DNA of 64,000 nt from a virus (IMGVR_UViG_3300042535_000023:1-64000); one strand, 5' to 3'. Counted from the stretch's first letter, positions 17,700-27,827 are shown. Notes: a model not told the origin generated them from the letters alone. Made by a program: numbers and translations.

Positions 17700-18712
17700 A
17701 ATAAAAACCCTCCGTCTGACAGTAACTGCGCCAAAAATTCATAATCTTTTATATCATCTGAAGAAGAAAAGTCTTTAAAAGTTGTCTTAGTAAGACCTAC
17801 AACATGTTCGTAATCCCTATTAATATTCAACTCAGGAAGTATAACATAATAATCATCGTCAAAAATGTAGGTTCTTGGCGCCTCATGCTCTGATACCAAT
17901 ACCTCATCCATCTTTTCCCCCTCTCTTATACCTATTTCTTTTATAGATGTATTTTTATTTCCGTAGTGTTTTATTAAAACTTCAGCAAGAGTCTCTATAA
18001 AAAATGCTGGCATATTCATCACGTATGTTTCACCACCAACACTTTTTTCAGTGGCTTTAAAAAGTAAAGTAATAGCTTCAGGAAGAGTCAAAAAGAATCT
18101 GGTCATCTTTCCTGATGTAACAGTAATTTCATTAAACCTTTTTATCTGATCTATAAATAAAGGCACTACACTACCATTAGACCCCAGCACGTTACCACCA
18201 CGAATACAAACAAAATCGGTGTCGTCAGTTAAATTATTAGCCTGAATAACTATCTTCTCTCCTACAGCCTTAGTAAAACCATATAGATTGGTTGGAGCTA
18301 CCGCTTTGTCCGTACTAACATCAATAAACTTTTTAATCTTATGTCTAATAGCAGCATTAACCAGATTGGTGGTTCCTATTATATTAGTTTTAATGGCCTC
18401 TTGGGGTTGATTCTCACACACAGGGACATGTTTTAAGGCGGCCAAATGATATACATAATCTATACCACGTTCGAATACCCTCTCTACAGCATCGGCATCT
18501 CTAACATCACCTATAATAAACTCTATTCGTTTATCTTTGAACTTACGCTCCATAACTACTTGAGCAAGTTCTCCCCTTGAAAATATAATAATTTTCTTTG
18601 GGTCTTTTTCAAGTAACTGCTTGGTTAGTTCGTTTCCCCAGCTCCCAGACCCACCACTTAAAAGGATTACCCTATTTTTAAACATTATTATTTCTCCTAA
18701 TTTAATTTCCAT
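17696..18712 (-). CDS. UDP-GlcNAc 4,6-dehydratase (FnlA/CapE/PseB-like)
   Basis: GGSGSWG, FSRGE, GDVRD, HLAALKHVP, STDKAVAPTNLYGFTK, RGGNVLGSNGSVVP, MTRF, GIREGEK. Confidence 0.93.
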   Translation of the reverse strand: MEIKLGEIIMFKNRVILLSGGSGSWGNELTKQLLEKDPKKIIIFSRGELAQVVMERKFKDKRIEFIIGDVRDADAVERVFERGIDYVYHLAALKHVPVCENQPQEAIKTNIIGTTNLVNAAIRHKIKKFIDVSTDKAVAPTNLYGFTKAVGEKIVIQANNLTDDTDFVCIRGGNVLGSNGSVVPLFIDQIKRFNEITVTSGKMTRFFLTLPEAITLLFKATEKSVGGETYVMNMPAFFIETLAEVLIKHYGNKNTSIKEIGIREGEKMDEVLVSEHEAPRTYIFDDDYYVILPELNINRDYEHVVGLTKTTFKDFSSSDDIKDYEFLAQLLSDGGFLL

Positions 18713-19326
18713 AGGGACATTTGTTTATTATGCCCAGCATCATAATATCTCCATACATCTTCGTCATGTACTTCTAATGGCGCGCCAAGATTAAAAGGCT
18801 CTATCTCCAAATTAATATGCTTATAACCAGCTTCGACTGCTAATTCTTGTTTAGTTAACTCCCTGTTGACTTTTAACCAATTATGCTCGGTAGCTAGTAG
18901 GTATTTAGAACCACTTGCATAAAAATTCTTTAGGGCGCTTGAAACAAAAGAGTTAGGTAAATGAAAAAGACAATCCCTACATATAATTAAGTCTGTTTTT
19001 GGTAGCAATTCATTAACCATATCCAACTCAACGAAAGATATATTAGGATAAGTATCTAAATTTCTTTTTATAGCCAAATCATTTATATCATACCCTGTAT
19101 AAACTACATTTGTCAAATCCACAAGGTGCATCCAATTCTCAAACAACCCACAAGGGCAATCACTGATAGATTTTATGCCATATTTTTTAATTATACTATT
19201 TATAAACTCTATAGTTCCTGCCTGTTTAACTTGCTCAGGTTCGCTTCCAGGACCACAAGAACATCTACCATTACTCACCTCAAGATTGTAATGATATTTA
19301 AAAGTTTCTTTATTTTTTATACCCAT
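18697..19326 (-). CDS. Class I SAM-dependent methyltransferase
   Basis: SCGPGS, SISDCPCG, YTGYDI, DLIICRDCLFHL. Confidence 0.8.
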   Translation of the reverse strand: MGIKNKETFKYHYNLEVSNGRCSCGPGSEPEQVKQAGTIEFINSIIKKYGIKSISDCPCGLFENWMHLVDLTNVVYTGYDINDLAIKRNLDTYPNISFVELDMVNELLPKTDLIICRDCLFHLPNSFVSSALKNFYASGSKYLLATEHNWLKVNRELTKQELAVEAGYKHINLEIEPFNLGAPLEVHDEDVWRYYDAGHNKQMSLWKLN

Positions 19327-19895
19327 TATAACACCAATTCATTTAAAATTTGCTCAATAGCATAGGTCCTTTGCTCTGCCACGCATTCATAAAAACCCTT
19401 TTTATTGATCTCTTCTAATTTCTGAATAAGGTATTTCTCCACACGATCACTAAGTGCTTGACAAGAATCAGTCATATGTTGGGACCTATCATTAACACGG
19501 AAGTCTTCACGCTTAATAGTCTCTATAGAAAGTCTATCCATCATTTCCCCAATACTGTAGACTACATCGTCGCTGACCCAAGATATTGCTTCTGTAGGTT
19601 CTTTAACAGACTTAACCGTAGCAATATATTTATTAATATGAGCTTTAGACGCAACACGATATTCCCCTACTGACCTGGCAACCCACTCTAAATCTGCTAT
19701 TAATTTATTATCTACAGTGTCTTTTTTACGCTCAGCTATCACAAGTGCATTCGCTTTATAGCAACGAAAATTAGCGTCAGCAAGAATCTCTACAAACTCC
19801 ATAATTCTTTGGGTCTCTTCAGCTGAAAAATGGTTGTTAAAAATACTTTCTACGTGTTCAAAAAATGGTTTAAAATCTATAGTTTCTAATATCAT
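19326..19895 (-). CDS. DUF4254-like helical protein
   Basis: SIGEMMDRLSIETIK signature and C-terminal G.....EQRTY resemble DUF4254, a family seen near glycosyltransferases. Confidence 0.6.
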   Translation of the reverse strand: MILETIDFKPFFEHVESIFNNHFSAEETQRIMEFVEILADANFRCYKANALVIAERKKDTVDNKLIADLEWVARSVGEYRVASKAHINKYIATVKSVKEPTEAISWVSDDVVYSIGEMMDRLSIETIKREDFRVNDRSQHMTDSCQALSDRVEKYLIQKLEEINKKGFYECVAEQRTYAIEQILNELVL

Positions 19896-19897
19896 AC

Positions 19898-20465
19898 TTA
19901 TCTCTCCTTTATAGCTAAAAATGCGGGACCAAATATAAATATTTCGTAGCCCCTTTCTTTATAAAAATCAGGCCAAAGACTAATCAAATGTTTTTGGTGA
20001 ACATTGCCAGTTTTTTTTCATACAGGAATCATTACCACTTTCTCCTATAGGACCACCAATTATTGCGTACTTACTAAATGAATTTTCTATAAGTTCAAAA
20101 ACAATATCGTGAGCCTCTTGTGTTAAATGCTCTAACATATGATGACATAAAACAACATCATACTTCTTTTCTGGCTTAAAGTCAAGTATATTCATACATA
20201 AATACTCACCTTCAGGCCCATTATTTTTTCTCCAGTCAACATCTTTTTCAAATATATCTATACCTGTTATAGCTTTACCATTAAAAACATTAAATAAAAT
20301 ATCATAATTGTGAAAATTATCTATAGGCTGTCCATCAAAAGAACTACTTCCTAAATCCAAAACTGTAGTTATATTAGAAGAACTTATTTTATCTTTTAAT
20401 GTCTTTATCACTTGTTTAATTGGCCAGGTGTTATCTTTTGGTGCTTCAACTTTCTTTCTCCTCAT
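19898..20465 (-). pseudogene. SAM-dependent methyltransferase interrupted by a single-base frameshift in an A8 run
   Basis: VLDLGS, GIDI, YDVVLCHHMLEHL; removing one A at 20011-20018 restores KKTGNVHQKHLISLWPDFYKERGY...KER* ending at 19898, 2 nt before the next ATG. Confidence 0.8.
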
Positions 20466-20474
20466 AAAAATCTC

Positions 20475-21230
20475 CTATTCTTGCGCCATATTTTTAGCAT
20501 CTTCTGGTCTGCTACCACTTCTGCGCTCTACTGCCTCATGATGATATACTATAGAGGATCTACTCATGGTAAAATGGGCCCCTGCTCTACTACAGCGACC
20601 AAAGAATCGTGCGTCAGGAGTATCCCCACCTCTGAATATCAGTTCCCAAGGACCAGCTATTTCCCAATATTTTTTTGGAATAAGATAGGGCATAGTATTA
20701 GTGGCCTTCCATCCTCCACGCTCTTCTTCAGAAACTAATCTATCCTCAAATATCCTATCATACATTTCAAGGAACCCAACTATATTAAATTTTCCATATT
20801 CAGGTATACCAAAATCGGCAGTATCAATATTTGGTCCTCTAATGGGGGAGATGTGTGCGGAATTAACTATATCATTTTCATTAGCGTACTTTACAAGATT
20901 CAATAACCAATCCTTACCGAAATACATATCAGTATTAACTAAACCACAGTAATTATTTAGTTTAAACCCATAATCAAAACCACAATTCATCATGCCCCTT
21001 AGATTAGGCACGTAAGGAACAGCGTGATTTGTTTTATACTCAACGATATGTACATTACTATGCTTAGTCTTTAAATCAATTAAATAATCAGAAACCTCTT
21101 TTGTTGGTCCCCAAGTTACAACAATATAGTCAAAATTATCATAACCAGAATTAATAAGAATAGCATCTGTCGAAAAACGTAACATCTCAAATGCTGTTGA
21201 AACACAATTAAAAATAGACACTCTTTCCAT
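20475..21230 (-). CDS. GT2-like glycosyltransferase
   Basis: GT-A pattern: NCGF...LVNTDMYFGKDWL, AGPW, D..F..R, IVYH. Confidence 0.75.
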   Translation of the reverse strand: MERVSIFNCVSTAFEMLRFSTDAILINSGYDNFDYIVVTWGPTKEVSDYLIDLKTKHSNVHIVEYKTNHAVPYVPNLRGMMNCGFDYGFKLNNYCGLVNTDMYFGKDWLLNLVKYANENDIVNSAHISPIRGPNIDTADFGIPEYGKFNIVGFLEMYDRIFEDRLVSEEERGGWKATNTMPYLIPKKYWEIAGPWELIFRGGDTPDARFFGRCSRAGAHFTMSRSSIVYHHEAVERRSGSRPEDAKNMAQE

Positions 21231-21241
21231 AATTAGCTCCT

Positions 21242-21859
21242 TTAATACATATTTTTAAATAAATCTTGTTGAGGGTTAATAAAAGTAGTGATTTCTTTTA
21301 TTTTTTGGGCTACAGCCCACATAACTATGCTAGGCTGAGTAGGACTAAAAACTGAAGGTATTGATACTTCTTCTCCTGAAAGTCCGCTAACTTTAAAGTA
21401 TAACACTTCAAAACCATTACTACTAAGGGCGACTTTAATTACCTCAGGACTAAAGGCGTAAAAACCATGCTGATATAGACCATTAGCTACGGTATGCAAC
21501 ATATAAAAACCGCCTAGTTTTATCATACTAAAACTTGTTGCTAAAACCTGTTTAACATCGAACACGTGTTCTATTGTACCTATATCAATAACTGCATGAT
21601 ATTTATTAACATGCTCTATAGGTGCTGGATTATTAAGATCAAAATTATAATTAGCAGACTTATCGAATAAATCTAGAGTATAAGCCTCTATCTCTTTCTT
21701 CTTTCTAAACCAATCAGCAAAATCATATACCCCTTTATACCTATCTGGCATTTTTTGTTCGGCTACATTTTTATGAACACCATATATTAATACAGGGCCC
21801 TCAGTAATGTAATTAAACATCTCATCGTAATACTTAAAATAGTCTGGGCTCATTGTCAT
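21242..21859 (-). CDS. Methyltransferase-fold protein
   Basis: LDL...DLN...YHAVIDIGTIEHVFD...GG...HGFYAFSP. Confidence 0.75.
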   Translation of the reverse strand: MTMSPDYFKYYDEMFNYITEGPVLIYGVHKNVAEQKMPDRYKGVYDFADWFRKKKEIEAYTLDLFDKSANYNFDLNNPAPIEHVNKYHAVIDIGTIEHVFDVKQVLATSFSMIKLGGFYMLHTVANGLYQHGFYAFSPEVIKVALSSNGFEVLYFKVSGLSGEEVSIPSVFSPTQPSIVMWAVAQKIKEITTFINPQQDLFKNMY

Positions 21860-21862
21860 TTT

Positions 21863-22531
21863 TTATATACCATAACCTAAAATTTTAATATAATTTTCTA
21901 ACTCTGGGGTAAGTACTTCTTTAACTCTTTCAATATGTTCTTCTTTTTTCCAATTATTTATAGAGTTTTTATCTATAGGTCTAGGTGAATTTAACGACTG
22001 ATTTTTTTTCAATTTTGCTTGAGGTAAATTATAAAAATTATTAAAAGTGTCGTTAAAAGGGCAGCCTATAAAATCAGAAACTCTACTTAATTCCGCTCTA
22101 GGATCTTCTACTAAATTCTCATATCTAACAAATATTACATTAGTATTATCTAAGTTATCAACATAGCATTGACTACCAGTAATGATTCTTTCAGGCTCCA
22201 CCCAGTAAATACTTGGATTAAATTTGTGCCTCGATACTAAAACATCTAAAGGATGCCTTACCATAAATATAATTTTATACCCGTATTGTTCTGTTAGAAG
22301 TCTACAAGTGTACTCTGGTGTAAATATGTCTGAATAGCCTATAGGTTGCTTTATAACAAAATATTTATAAGTATTCGGGACAACAACCCTACCAGGCCTT
22401 TCTAAAGGGTGGCGCTCCTCTTTAGAAAAAACAAAACAATCGTCAAAATAAGTCATAAGTAAACACATCATAGTTGTGCCTGCCCTAGGAAACCCACTTA
22501 TAAATACACCAGGTTTTCTAACTCTACCCAT
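21863..22531 (-). CDS. Sulfotransferase
   Basis: GFPRAGTT (5'-PSB), MVRHPLDVLVS (3'-PB), VRYENLVEDP. Confidence 0.88.
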   Translation of the reverse strand: MGRVRKPGVFISGFPRAGTTMMCLLMTYFDDCFVFSKEERHPLERPGRVVVPNTYKYFVIKQPIGYSDIFTPEYTCRLLTEQYGYKIIFMVRHPLDVLVSRHKFNPSIYWVEPERIITGSQCYVDNLDNTNVIFVRYENLVEDPRAELSRVSDFIGCPFNDTFNNFYNLPQAKLKKNQSLNSPRPIDKNSINNWKKEEHIERVKEVLTPELENYIKILGYGI

Positions 22532-22535
22532 TAAA

Positions 22536-23063
22536 CTAGGCCCCCACCCACTCGTAACAACCTATAGCTACTAAACCATTATCATTAACACTTACATTTA
22601 ACAGAGTAAATCCAAGTTCGTATCTAATTTCTTTATCGCTCCAATGGTAATGATGTGTCTCAAATGGATTACCTATAGCATTACCGTCTTGAATACAAAC
22701 AGTTACAGGTATAGTTAAGTATATTCTACTCACATTGGTTTTCAGTTTATTTAAAAATTCTAAGGCGTCTTCTCTGGATAAATGTTCCAATACATCACCT
22801 AGAACCGCAACTGTATATTTTTTATTAAATTCAAATTGCCTCAAGTCTATGTTATATAATTCATTATAAAATTGAGGTAAATTATACTTAATTATATAAG
22901 GTTTCCAAGCCTCTATACCTTCTATCCAAGATACCCTACCTTTAAGTAATTTTCCCCATTTGCCCTCACCAATGCCTATATCTAAAACAACGTTGTTTGG
23001 ATTAGAAATAATCTTTCTAACTATGATATTGGTACCTAAATCTGATTGCTGTGATTGTGGCAT
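22536..23063 (-). CDS. Class I SAM-dependent methyltransferase
   Basis: VLDIGIGEGKWG, GIEAW, GDVLEHL, GNPFETHHYHW. Confidence 0.85.
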   Translation of the reverse strand: MPQSQQSDLGTNIIVRKIISNPNNVVLDIGIGEGKWGKLLKGRVSWIEGIEAWKPYIIKYNLPQFYNELYNIDLRQFEFNKKYTVAVLGDVLEHLSREDALEFLNKLKTNVSRIYLTIPVTVCIQDGNAIGNPFETHHYHWSDKEIRYELGFTLLNVSVNDNGLVAIGCYEWVGA

Positions 23064-23902
23064 AAAACCTCCCTCATTTTAATAGTGATAGTATTATCGA
23101 ATATATGTACATTTTCTTCATTAAGCATATTATTAAACTTCTGTGTCAATGGCGCTCCACCGTACCAATGTATTCCTGCTGAATCTTTATGTAATTTATC
23201 AGCATGATTTCCTATATATAACATATTTATTCCAATTTGCCAAGGAAAATTTATCAATGGAAAAACTATAGCGTCATGGAGCTTTGCTACAACTAGATCT
23301 TTAAAATTATCTTTAACCTCAGATATATTTTTTTCCTCTATACTCATAGTACCAAAACATTCATATACCTTAGGATCATAGTTTGTGAGCGCTTTATTAT
23401 AAACTTTAGTGAAAAATGCGTTGGCTCCCGCACTATACATAAAGGATACTGGAATGTAATCTTTCTTTGGGTAACCGTCAAAACAAATTAACCCTACATC
23501 AGCGCCTTCAAAAACAGACTCGTCTATAGACTTTGTAAATAAAATATCCATATCAGCTACTATACCACCACAGGTACTTAGAAGCTTCCAATTTAATAAA
23601 TCCTTTATATGAACGTCGGACATAGAATTAACTATATCTCTTGGTAGATCTAACATGTTGGGGTTAAACTCTATAATAGTTATAGGAAGTTTCTGTACCA
23701 TCTCAGAATAATCTGGACCACTATACTCTGTCTTATCTTGTTTCTCTACTATTACTTCATCTTGTACTCTATCTGATTGTAGGCAGTTCTTTATTAAATA
23801 TACTCCCCACCCTTTATTTAGCGCGCAAAAAGAAAAAAGGGTCATGTAGCGCATATAAGACATAGTCTCATTACCCCAATAAAAATAAATATCTTTTTTC
23901 AT
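23036..23902 (-). CDS. GT32-like DxD glycosyltransferase
   Basis: IYFYWG...MRYMTLFSF...N, HIKDLLNW..L...GGIVADMD, IHWYGG. Confidence 0.8.
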   Translation of the reverse strand: MKKDIYFYWGNETMSYMRYMTLFSFCALNKGWGVYLIKNCLQSDRVQDEVIVEKQDKTEYSGPDYSEMVQKLPITIIEFNPNMLDLPRDIVNSMSDVHIKDLLNWKLLSTCGGIVADMDILFTKSIDESVFEGADVGLICFDGYPKKDYIPVSFMYSAGANAFFTKVYNKALTNYDPKVYECFGTMSIEEKNISEVKDNFKDLVVAKLHDAIVFPLINFPWQIGINMLYIGNHADKLHKDSAGIHWYGGAPLTQKFNNMLNEENVHIFDNTITIKMREVLCHNHSNQI

Positions 23903-23903
23903 A

Positions 23904-24974
23904 TTACTTCCCTAATAAAATATTAATAACTATATCAGATACATTTTCCACCAAATAATCTGCTGGAGGTATCCATTTATTATCCCTCTTCTGAATAAGA
24001 TTAAATGATTCTAACATATTTTCATACTTTGTACCAGTTAAAATTGATGAGCCACACTCAATTAGTTCTTGTCTCTCTGTTGATTCACGAATTATTAATG
24101 AAGGGATACCAAATAAACAGGAGATTTCTGGATTAGAGCCTGAATCACTTACTAATAAATCAGCCGTTTTACTTAATTTATTAAACTCAAAAAACCCTAG
24201 TGAACTACTCACTATAACATTTTTTGGATGGAATATCAAATCATATTTTGACATTTTATCTTTTGTTCTTGGATGTAGCGACACCACTACTTTATATTGC
24301 TCTGACATCTTGTTTACTAACCTAACAATATTAGTTAAACTTTCTCTATTATCCACATTTTCCGCGCGGTGAAAAGTTACTAATACAAATGGAACAGCAT
24401 TTAGTCCTAAATCATTAACAACATTACTTGAGTCTATTTCATCTTTCCAATAGTTTAATACCTCATAAATAGGATTACCGGTTTTAAATATATAATTCTT
24501 ACAGTAACCTTCATTTATAAGGTTTTGTTTACTATTCTCTGTGTAAGGAAGATTGTAGGTAGATAACATATCGATAATTTTACGATTAGTTTCTTCAGGA
24601 ACTCTAGGATCAAAAGCGCGACTCCCAGCCTCCATATGGATTATTGGTATTTTATATCTATTAGCAACTAAAGCCAACAATCCTGAGTTGGTGTCCCCCA
24701 AAATCAATATTTTATCGGGTTTTTCTTTTAGAAGTATACGTTCAAAATCAAATATAGCTGCACCTAAAAATTCTCCAAAAGAACCACACGGTCCAGGCAA
24801 AGTATAGTCTGGTTCTCGTATTTTTAAATCTTTAAAAAACCTACCACTTAAATCGTAATCAAAATTTTGGTTGGTATATAGCAGGAAGTGCTGTACTAAT
24901 TCATCTAACTTTTTAATTATCAAATGTAGGCGAATCAGCTCCGGGCGGGTTCCAACGACGGTTAAAATCTTCAT
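23904..24974 (-). CDS. Non-hydrolysing UDP-HexNAc 2-epimerase (FnlC/WbjD/CapG-like)
   Basis: VGTRPELI, TNQNFDYDL, LGDTNS, HMEAGSRAFDPRVPEETNR, TGNP, HRAENVD, SDSG, TERQE. Confidence 0.93.
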   Translation of the reverse strand: MKILTVVGTRPELIRLHLIIKKLDELVQHFLLYTNQNFDYDLSGRFFKDLKIREPDYTLPGPCGSFGEFLGAAIFDFERILLKEKPDKILILGDTNSGLLALVANRYKIPIIHMEAGSRAFDPRVPEETNRKIIDMLSTYNLPYTENSKQNLINEGYCKNYIFKTGNPIYEVLNYWKDEIDSSNVVNDLGLNAVPFVLVTFHRAENVDNRESLTNIVRLVNKMSEQYKVVVSLHPRTKDKMSKYDLIFHPKNVIVSSSLGFFEFNKLSKTADLLVSDSGSNPEISCLFGIPSLIIRESTERQELIECGSSILTGTKYENMLESFNLIQKRDNKWIPPADYLVENVSDIVINILLGK

Positions 24975-24976
24975 TT

Positions 24977-25801
24977 TTAACTCCTTATAAGTCTATTAGT
25001 GATCACTTTATAATCTGGAGATGCCGACTTAATTTCATATAAACTCTTATTTAACTGCTCTTTGGCTCTAAGATTAGGAATTTGTTCTAAGGACGAGGTG
25101 TGATATTGATGCAAACAAAACGGTGACGCAACCATCTCTATATCCATATTCTTTTTAACTATACGCATAGCAAAATCAGTATCATCGTAAGCAAAACCGT
25201 TAGCATACTCCTCATCGAAACCACCCAAATCATATAGGTCCTCTTTAGTTATAGCTGTAAGGAAATTAAAAAAGCATTTTCTATATTCTGGATGAGAAAA
25301 CCAGGACTCAAATCTACTACCTTCATCGCAACTACGAGGTAAAAAGCCACCTAAAGCGCTGCTCACGTTTGTTACTAACTCTTCTATTGAAGTATTTAGA
25401 TTGATTTGTCGAAGTTTGTTGGTCGAAGCTTGTCCAAGCGAGTAGCACGCAAAAACCAGATACTTATTAAGAGTTAGTTTATCATTTACATAACTAAGTA
25501 CGTCACCCATATTAACACACTCCGGGTTTTGTATAATTATATAATCACCTTTGGCCTGGCTAAAACCAATATTAAAAGGTACACAAGGATTAGTCCAAGT
25601 TTTTTCTTTAGGATTTATTCTTATCAATTTGATAAAGGGATATAGTGACGCAAAATCTTCTATCCGATGCTCATCATCACTGGCATCATCCACTAGCACA
25701 TACTCAAAGTCTTTGAAATTAGAAGCTTTTATAGACATGATGGAACGCCACAGCAAGTCTTTCCTATTATAATAGGCTGATACTATAGATATTTTAGGCA
25801 T
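24977..25801 (-). CDS. GT2 glycosyltransferase with GT7-like C-terminal motif
   Basis: ISIVSAYYNR, VDDASD, NIGFSQAKGD, GGFDEEYANGFAYDDTDF, HQYH. Confidence 0.88.
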   Translation of the reverse strand: MPKISIVSAYYNRKDLLWRSIMSIKASNFKDFEYVLVDDASDDEHRIEDFASLYPFIKLIRINPKEKTWTNPCVPFNIGFSQAKGDYIIIQNPECVNMGDVLSYVNDKLTLNKYLVFACYSLGQASTNKLRQINLNTSIEELVTNVSSALGGFLPRSCDEGSRFESWFSHPEYRKCFFNFLTAITKEDLYDLGGFDEEYANGFAYDDTDFAMRIVKKNMDIEMVASPFCLHQYHTSSLEQIPNLRAKEQLNKSLYEIKSASPDYKVITNRLIRS

Positions 25802-25810
25802 ATAATTCCT

Positions 25811-26689
25811 TTATTCTAATACCAAAGTTCCATCCCAGGCATCGATCTCTGGAATAAATTCTGTGTAGTCAGTGTATGTACCATCTAACGCAGATAAAAG
25901 TTCAGCGTTAAACATATTCTCTTCTAAAAATTTAATCCTATCTTCAAAGGTAGATAAATTTTCAGGGAATTTACCGCCGTGCCTATTGAAGCCAAAAAAT
26001 CCTATATGTAATAGTCTATTACACACAGAGGAGTAACCCCTTACCCCATTTTTATATGAAGTATAATCAACCAAACGATTCATCAGCCCGTCCCAATCAA
26101 GATGAGTAAAAGCACCTCTCTCTTTATTATATTTAGCATTGGGATTATTACTGTTCATTAAATTAATTTTATGAATAGTAGCCGTCCAATTTTTATAATA
26201 ATCAACAGTAGCGTGTTCTAACATGTAATTATTAAAAAAGTTTTTATTTATCATTACTCCTGGGCCATTTGAATAATCGGTAGTTCTAAGTATAGAAGGG
26301 CTTCCCGTATTATTGTAACCCCAACTTGTTATTACAGAGTAATTACCATTAGTTAATTTATGAGCTTTATTTACAAATTCAAAATAAGTTTTATGTAAAA
26401 TAAGGTCGTCTTCCATATTTATAACGTACTCTATATCCTGACTAAAGGCCTGCTTTAAAGCTTCCATAATATTAGCACATACCCCATATCTAACTTTACG
26501 TTGCATTACTATCTTTTTAAAAGGATAGGCATCCACTATTTCAAGACATTTTGGATCTGCTCCTCCCTCAATTGCAAATAACGTTGTATAGTCGTCATCA
26601 GGAAAATACTCCCTTGCTATAGTCTCATATTTAATTGAAAGTTGCAACATCTCAGGTCTATTAAACAAAGGCCTTAAAATTATATTCAT
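25811..26689 (-). CDS. GT-A fold glycosyltransferase
   Basis: PLFNRPEML, MEDDLIL, DWDG, RLLHIG. Confidence 0.7.
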   Translation of the reverse strand: MNIILRPLFNRPEMLQLSIKYETIAREYFPDDDYTTLFAIEGGADPKCLEIVDAYPFKKIVMQRKVRYGVCANIMEALKQAFSQDIEYVINMEDDLILHKTYFEFVNKAHKLTNGNYSVITSWGYNNTGSPSILRTTDYSNGPGVMINKNFFNNYMLEHATVDYYKNWTATIHKINLMNSNNPNAKYNKERGAFTHLDWDGLMNRLVDYTSYKNGVRGYSSVCNRLLHIGFFGFNRHGGKFPENLSTFEDRIKFLEENMFNAELLSALDGTYTDYTEFIPEIDAWDGTLVLE

Positions 26690-26698
26690 TCTGTCTCC

Positions 26699-27817
26699 TT
26701 ATAATACTTCTTCTATCTCAGAAATTAATCTTTTGCCTATGGCTTCGTAAGAGAAATTTTCTCTAATATATGATTGGAGTTTTAATCCTTTTTCTTTTGC
26801 CTGGGCTTGATTTTCAAATACTTCTCTCATAAGTCTGGAGGCATGCTCCTGATCAGCATTGGCCCACATTTGATCTCCACGGTGCCAAGGACTGTAGGGC
26901 ATACCAAAAGCAAACTCTTTAGTAAAATCAACAAGGTAGGAATTATCTGGTTTTGCATACTCTGTGCTACCGCCCCAACCTGTTAAAATAATAGGTTTGC
27001 CAAAAGATCCAGCTGTCAGAGGACCGATACCAACCCCCTCACCTTTATCAAGGGATATATAACAATCAAATCTTGAATGTAATGCTTTTACTTGGTTATC
27101 AGATAGCATGTCCAATATTAAGTATATTGGTGGATAATAATCTAAAGGAGAAAAATTCTTCATTCTTTTTATAGTGTCTCTAATTACATTCTTCTCTACA
27201 TCACTAAAATCATTTCTATATGTCTTAAGGACTAGGGCTACATTATCTTCTTTTTTAAATGTTGCCCAATAAGTTTTAAGAAGACCGCCAGGATTCTTTT
27301 TTTCAACCCACTGAAAGATGTCTCCAAAAACAAAAGTATCATCTGATAACCCTGATATTTTATAGTTATCTATATTTTTAGGAACATCATCAGCGCAATG
27401 TGAACAAACTCCTACTGGTATTGTCACACCACTATCTTCAAATACTTTCTTTCCCCACTCTGATCCAGTGATAACTTTGTCCAACGTATTAATAAAACCT
27501 GGCCAAGTTGGGAATAAGCGGTCATTCTCCCACACTGTAAAAGCAATAGTTTTTTCAGTCTTTTTTTGATAGATAGGAAAATGTTCTGGGGTAAGTTGAA
27601 TAAAATGGGCATCATAATCATCAAATCTGTTAACTAAACTCCTAAGCAACTCCCCATCTTCCCCTATACTAGGTTTATTCTTTTCAAATGAAATTGGATT
27701 TAATGTTAATTCTACTCCCATTTTATGCATAGCTAACGCATTTTGACGCGAGGCTTTTCCGTAGCCACTTGGGTCAAAAAAAGGAGCAGTAAATTTTAAT
27801 CTTTTAAGCTTTCCCAT
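26699..27817 (-). CDS. GT4 (GT-B) glycosyltransferase
   Basis: SGYGKASR, TVWE, KKN, KGEGVGIGPLTA...GKPIILTGWGG. Confidence 0.88.
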   Translation of the reverse strand: MGKLKRLKFTAPFFDPSGYGKASRQNALAMHKMGVELTLNPISFEKNKPSIGEDGELLRSLVNRFDDYDAHFIQLTPEHFPIYQKKTEKTIAFTVWENDRLFPTWPGFINTLDKVITGSEWGKKVFEDSGVTIPVGVCSHCADDVPKNIDNYKISGLSDDTFVFGDIFQWVEKKNPGGLLKTYWATFKKEDNVALVLKTYRNDFSDVEKNVIRDTIKRMKNFSPLDYYPPIYLILDMLSDNQVKALHSRFDCYISLDKGEGVGIGPLTAGSFGKPIILTGWGGSTEYAKPDNSYLVDFTKEFAFGMPYSPWHRGDQMWANADQEHASRLMREVFENQAQAKEKGLKLQSYIRENFSYEAIGKRLISEIEEVL

Positions 27818-27827
27818 CTATAACTCC

